A DNA stretch of 64,000 nt, taken from Sphaerodactylus townsendi. Lineage: Eukaryota. The notes beneath the pieces are model-generated. The model did no database searches and was not told the origin of the DNA. It saw only the letters and a list, made by a program, of their open reading frames with translations. The position numbers and the translations under genes are program-made. This document shows positions 62,145-64,000 of the stretch, piece by piece. The stretch lies in NCBI RefSeq assembly GCF_021028975.2, contig NC_059440.1, forward strand, positions 19,096,001 to 19,160,000. The letters are read 5' to 3'. How positions within the stretch are numbered: the first letter of the stretch is position 1; each line of letters starts with the position of its first letter.

Positions 62145-63639
62145 GATGGAGCCTTTCCAATGGGGATCCCCCAAACTTTGGATCACCCACTCCTCAGGAA
62201 ATTATTAATGGTATTGTTTCTGGGTTGCATTGTCTGGTTGTAACTGTTATTCTATTTTATTATTTTATCTTTTATGCGGTGAGCTGCCCTGAACAGGTCT
62301 CTGAAGAGGCAGCTTATAAATTAAAGTAAGAGAGTCATTTGAATTTCGGAAAGAAACAAACCAACAGACCCTGTGAAGTTGGCTGAAGCACCTTGGCGGT
62401 GCACTACCCCCATCCCTGGGAAGCTGGCCTGGTGTATTGACTGTAGCCTTAACTTTGTTGGGAGACAATATTGATAAAAGAAAAACCATCACTTGAGAAA
62501 GGGGAGTGGAGCCAAGCTTGCAAAGCTCAAACGGCACAATCCAGCAGCAAGATGTTCTCGTCGCAGTCTCTCATTGTTCCTAATTATTCCAGAGATGCTT
62601 GCACAGGAAAGCAATGTGCTGGATTGCGCCCTTCCCGTTTGGGACCAGGAAGTTAACTGGCCATTCCTGAGACAACTTGCAGTTGTAAGATGCCCACTCT
62701 TAGCTCCCTTCTCTGCATCAGCAAGCATCCTCCAGCCTGATTTGAAACACACCAGGCTGTCTGCAAGCCACTTGCTCAGCATCCCACTGGTGCCAAGCAG
62801 CCGATGGGGCCGCCCTGCACAAAATCCTCTTTGTCTGAGCTCGGTCTTTCTGTGCTCAAGCAACGGGCCTTTGGGAAGCACAAGAAGAGTCTGTTTGAGG
62901 ATTCCAGGGGCTGTCCCAGCTGAACGGCCGGTCTTTGCCTTTTAAACCTGCAACTTAAAAGCCTCAACCAAACCAAATAATCAACCTGAGGACCCAGCCT
63001 CACCCTCTAGTCGAGATTTTCTAAGAAGCTCGAACTGGGTTAAGTTCTCCTTGTTCCAATGCCATCAGAATGCAAACTGCAGCTGCTAAACTATTGAGAA
63101 CAAGTACCTTGGTTTGGTGCCAAGTGGCAGCATCGGGAAGGGAGGGGGACACTTTCCCAAAACCAACAAATGGGCAGCACTGAATGAATCATTCCTAGGT
63201 GCTGTCAGGACTGGAAAAACTGAATGGGCATCTTGTACTGCAGGGACTTTGTTGCGCTCTCTCGATTCCCCACCCTTTCCCCAACACGAAACAGGCAACA
63301 GCCATGGTCTTTCCATTTATTTTGAACATGGCATTGATGGCAGCCTTTTCACTCCAGGAACACATATTTGCGTGAGGGATCCATCCTAAAAATGTCATGT
63401 TTTTTTCTCTGTGTCAATCATGCAGATTTCAATCAAATAGATTGTTCTTTTATTCCTAGTCACAGTTCTCTCAGAACTCTCTCAGCCCCGCCTATCTCAC
63501 AAGGTGTCTGTTGTGGAGAGAGGAAGGGAAAGGAGTTCGTAAGCCAGCTTAAGTCTCCTTACAGGAAAAAAAGGCAGGGTATAAATCCAAAGTCATTGGC
63601 TTCTTCCACACATGCAGAATAATGCATTTTCAATCCAAT

Positions 63640-64000
63640 TCCAATTTCAATAAGCCTTTATTGGCATATACACGATAGTATAAAATTACAGTTCCAGTTA
63701 AAAAGGGAATAGTAGAAAACTTCGCGTTTGTCATACATTCAGTTTACAAACTTCTGACAAAAACTTTGCCACTATAAGGCAACAATGAAAATCCTGACAA
63801 TTTAAAAGCATAACTACTTTATCTGATTCAGTATAATCAATCATAGGGTCTATAGCTTGGGATAACAGGCTGGATCGGAGTTCTTGGTATAATAAGCAGT
63901 TCAGGAGAATGTGTGGGATGGAATCCAGCTGTCCTATGCTACAGGTACAGAACCTCTTATCGCTTGTAAGACCTTTAAGTCTTCCTCTATGTAGCGGAGA
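63640..64000 (-). mobile_element. Non-LTR retrotransposon ORF2 C-terminus with a CCHC-type motif (clade uncertain, RTE-X-like)
   Basis: Open frame 64000 to 63731: ...KRFCTCSIGQLDSIPHILLNCLLYQELR...VAKFL..*; 3' end AATAAAGGCTT shared with tails at about 8815 and 23169. Confidence 0.7.

Noticed and set aside
62489-63398. Possible minus-strand exons (acceptors near 62948 and 63386, donor near 63107) that might belong to SLC13A5 or XAF1
   Set aside because: No frame resembles those proteins or anything I recognise; cannot support a gene call
1-64000. CRISPR array or other prokaryotic system
   Set aside because: No regularly spaced repeat-spacer array; the sequence is intron-containing vertebrate DNA

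Overview
Vertebrate genomic DNA, almost certainly a squamate reptile (gecko-like repeat landscape; inference), in the block syntenic with human 17p13 PITPNM3-KIAA0753-TXNDC17-MED31. Spliced genes read directly from the sequence: PITPNM3 first coding exon (-, 15988-16012, in a CpG island; the rest lies left of the window); KIAA0753/moonraker (-, 16 coding exons, 25255-40872, about 867 aa, one GC-AG intron, apparently lacking the human WLDAE-repeat exons); TXNDC17/TRP14 (+, 4 exons, 41511-45204, WCPDC); MED31 (-, 4 exons, 46990-50061). Head-to-head with MED31, behind a promoter with an RFX X-box and a ZNF143 site, is an unnamed three-exon single-domain rhodanese (sulfurtransferase) gene of a bacterial-looking subfamily (+, 52305-59575, CTVGYR loop). 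Its middle exon is disrupted in this assembly and a solo LTR sits in its last intron. The rest is rich in tRNA-derived and 5S-derived SINEs, CR1, L2, RTE/BovB and L1-like fragments, hAT and Harbinger-like MITEs with clear TSDs, and Penelope-derived hammerhead-ribozyme elements. There are several local template-switch-type duplications and hairpins, and two assembly gaps. Most entries in the supplied ORF track are spurious. Homology calls are from recall of protein and repeat families, not from database searches.
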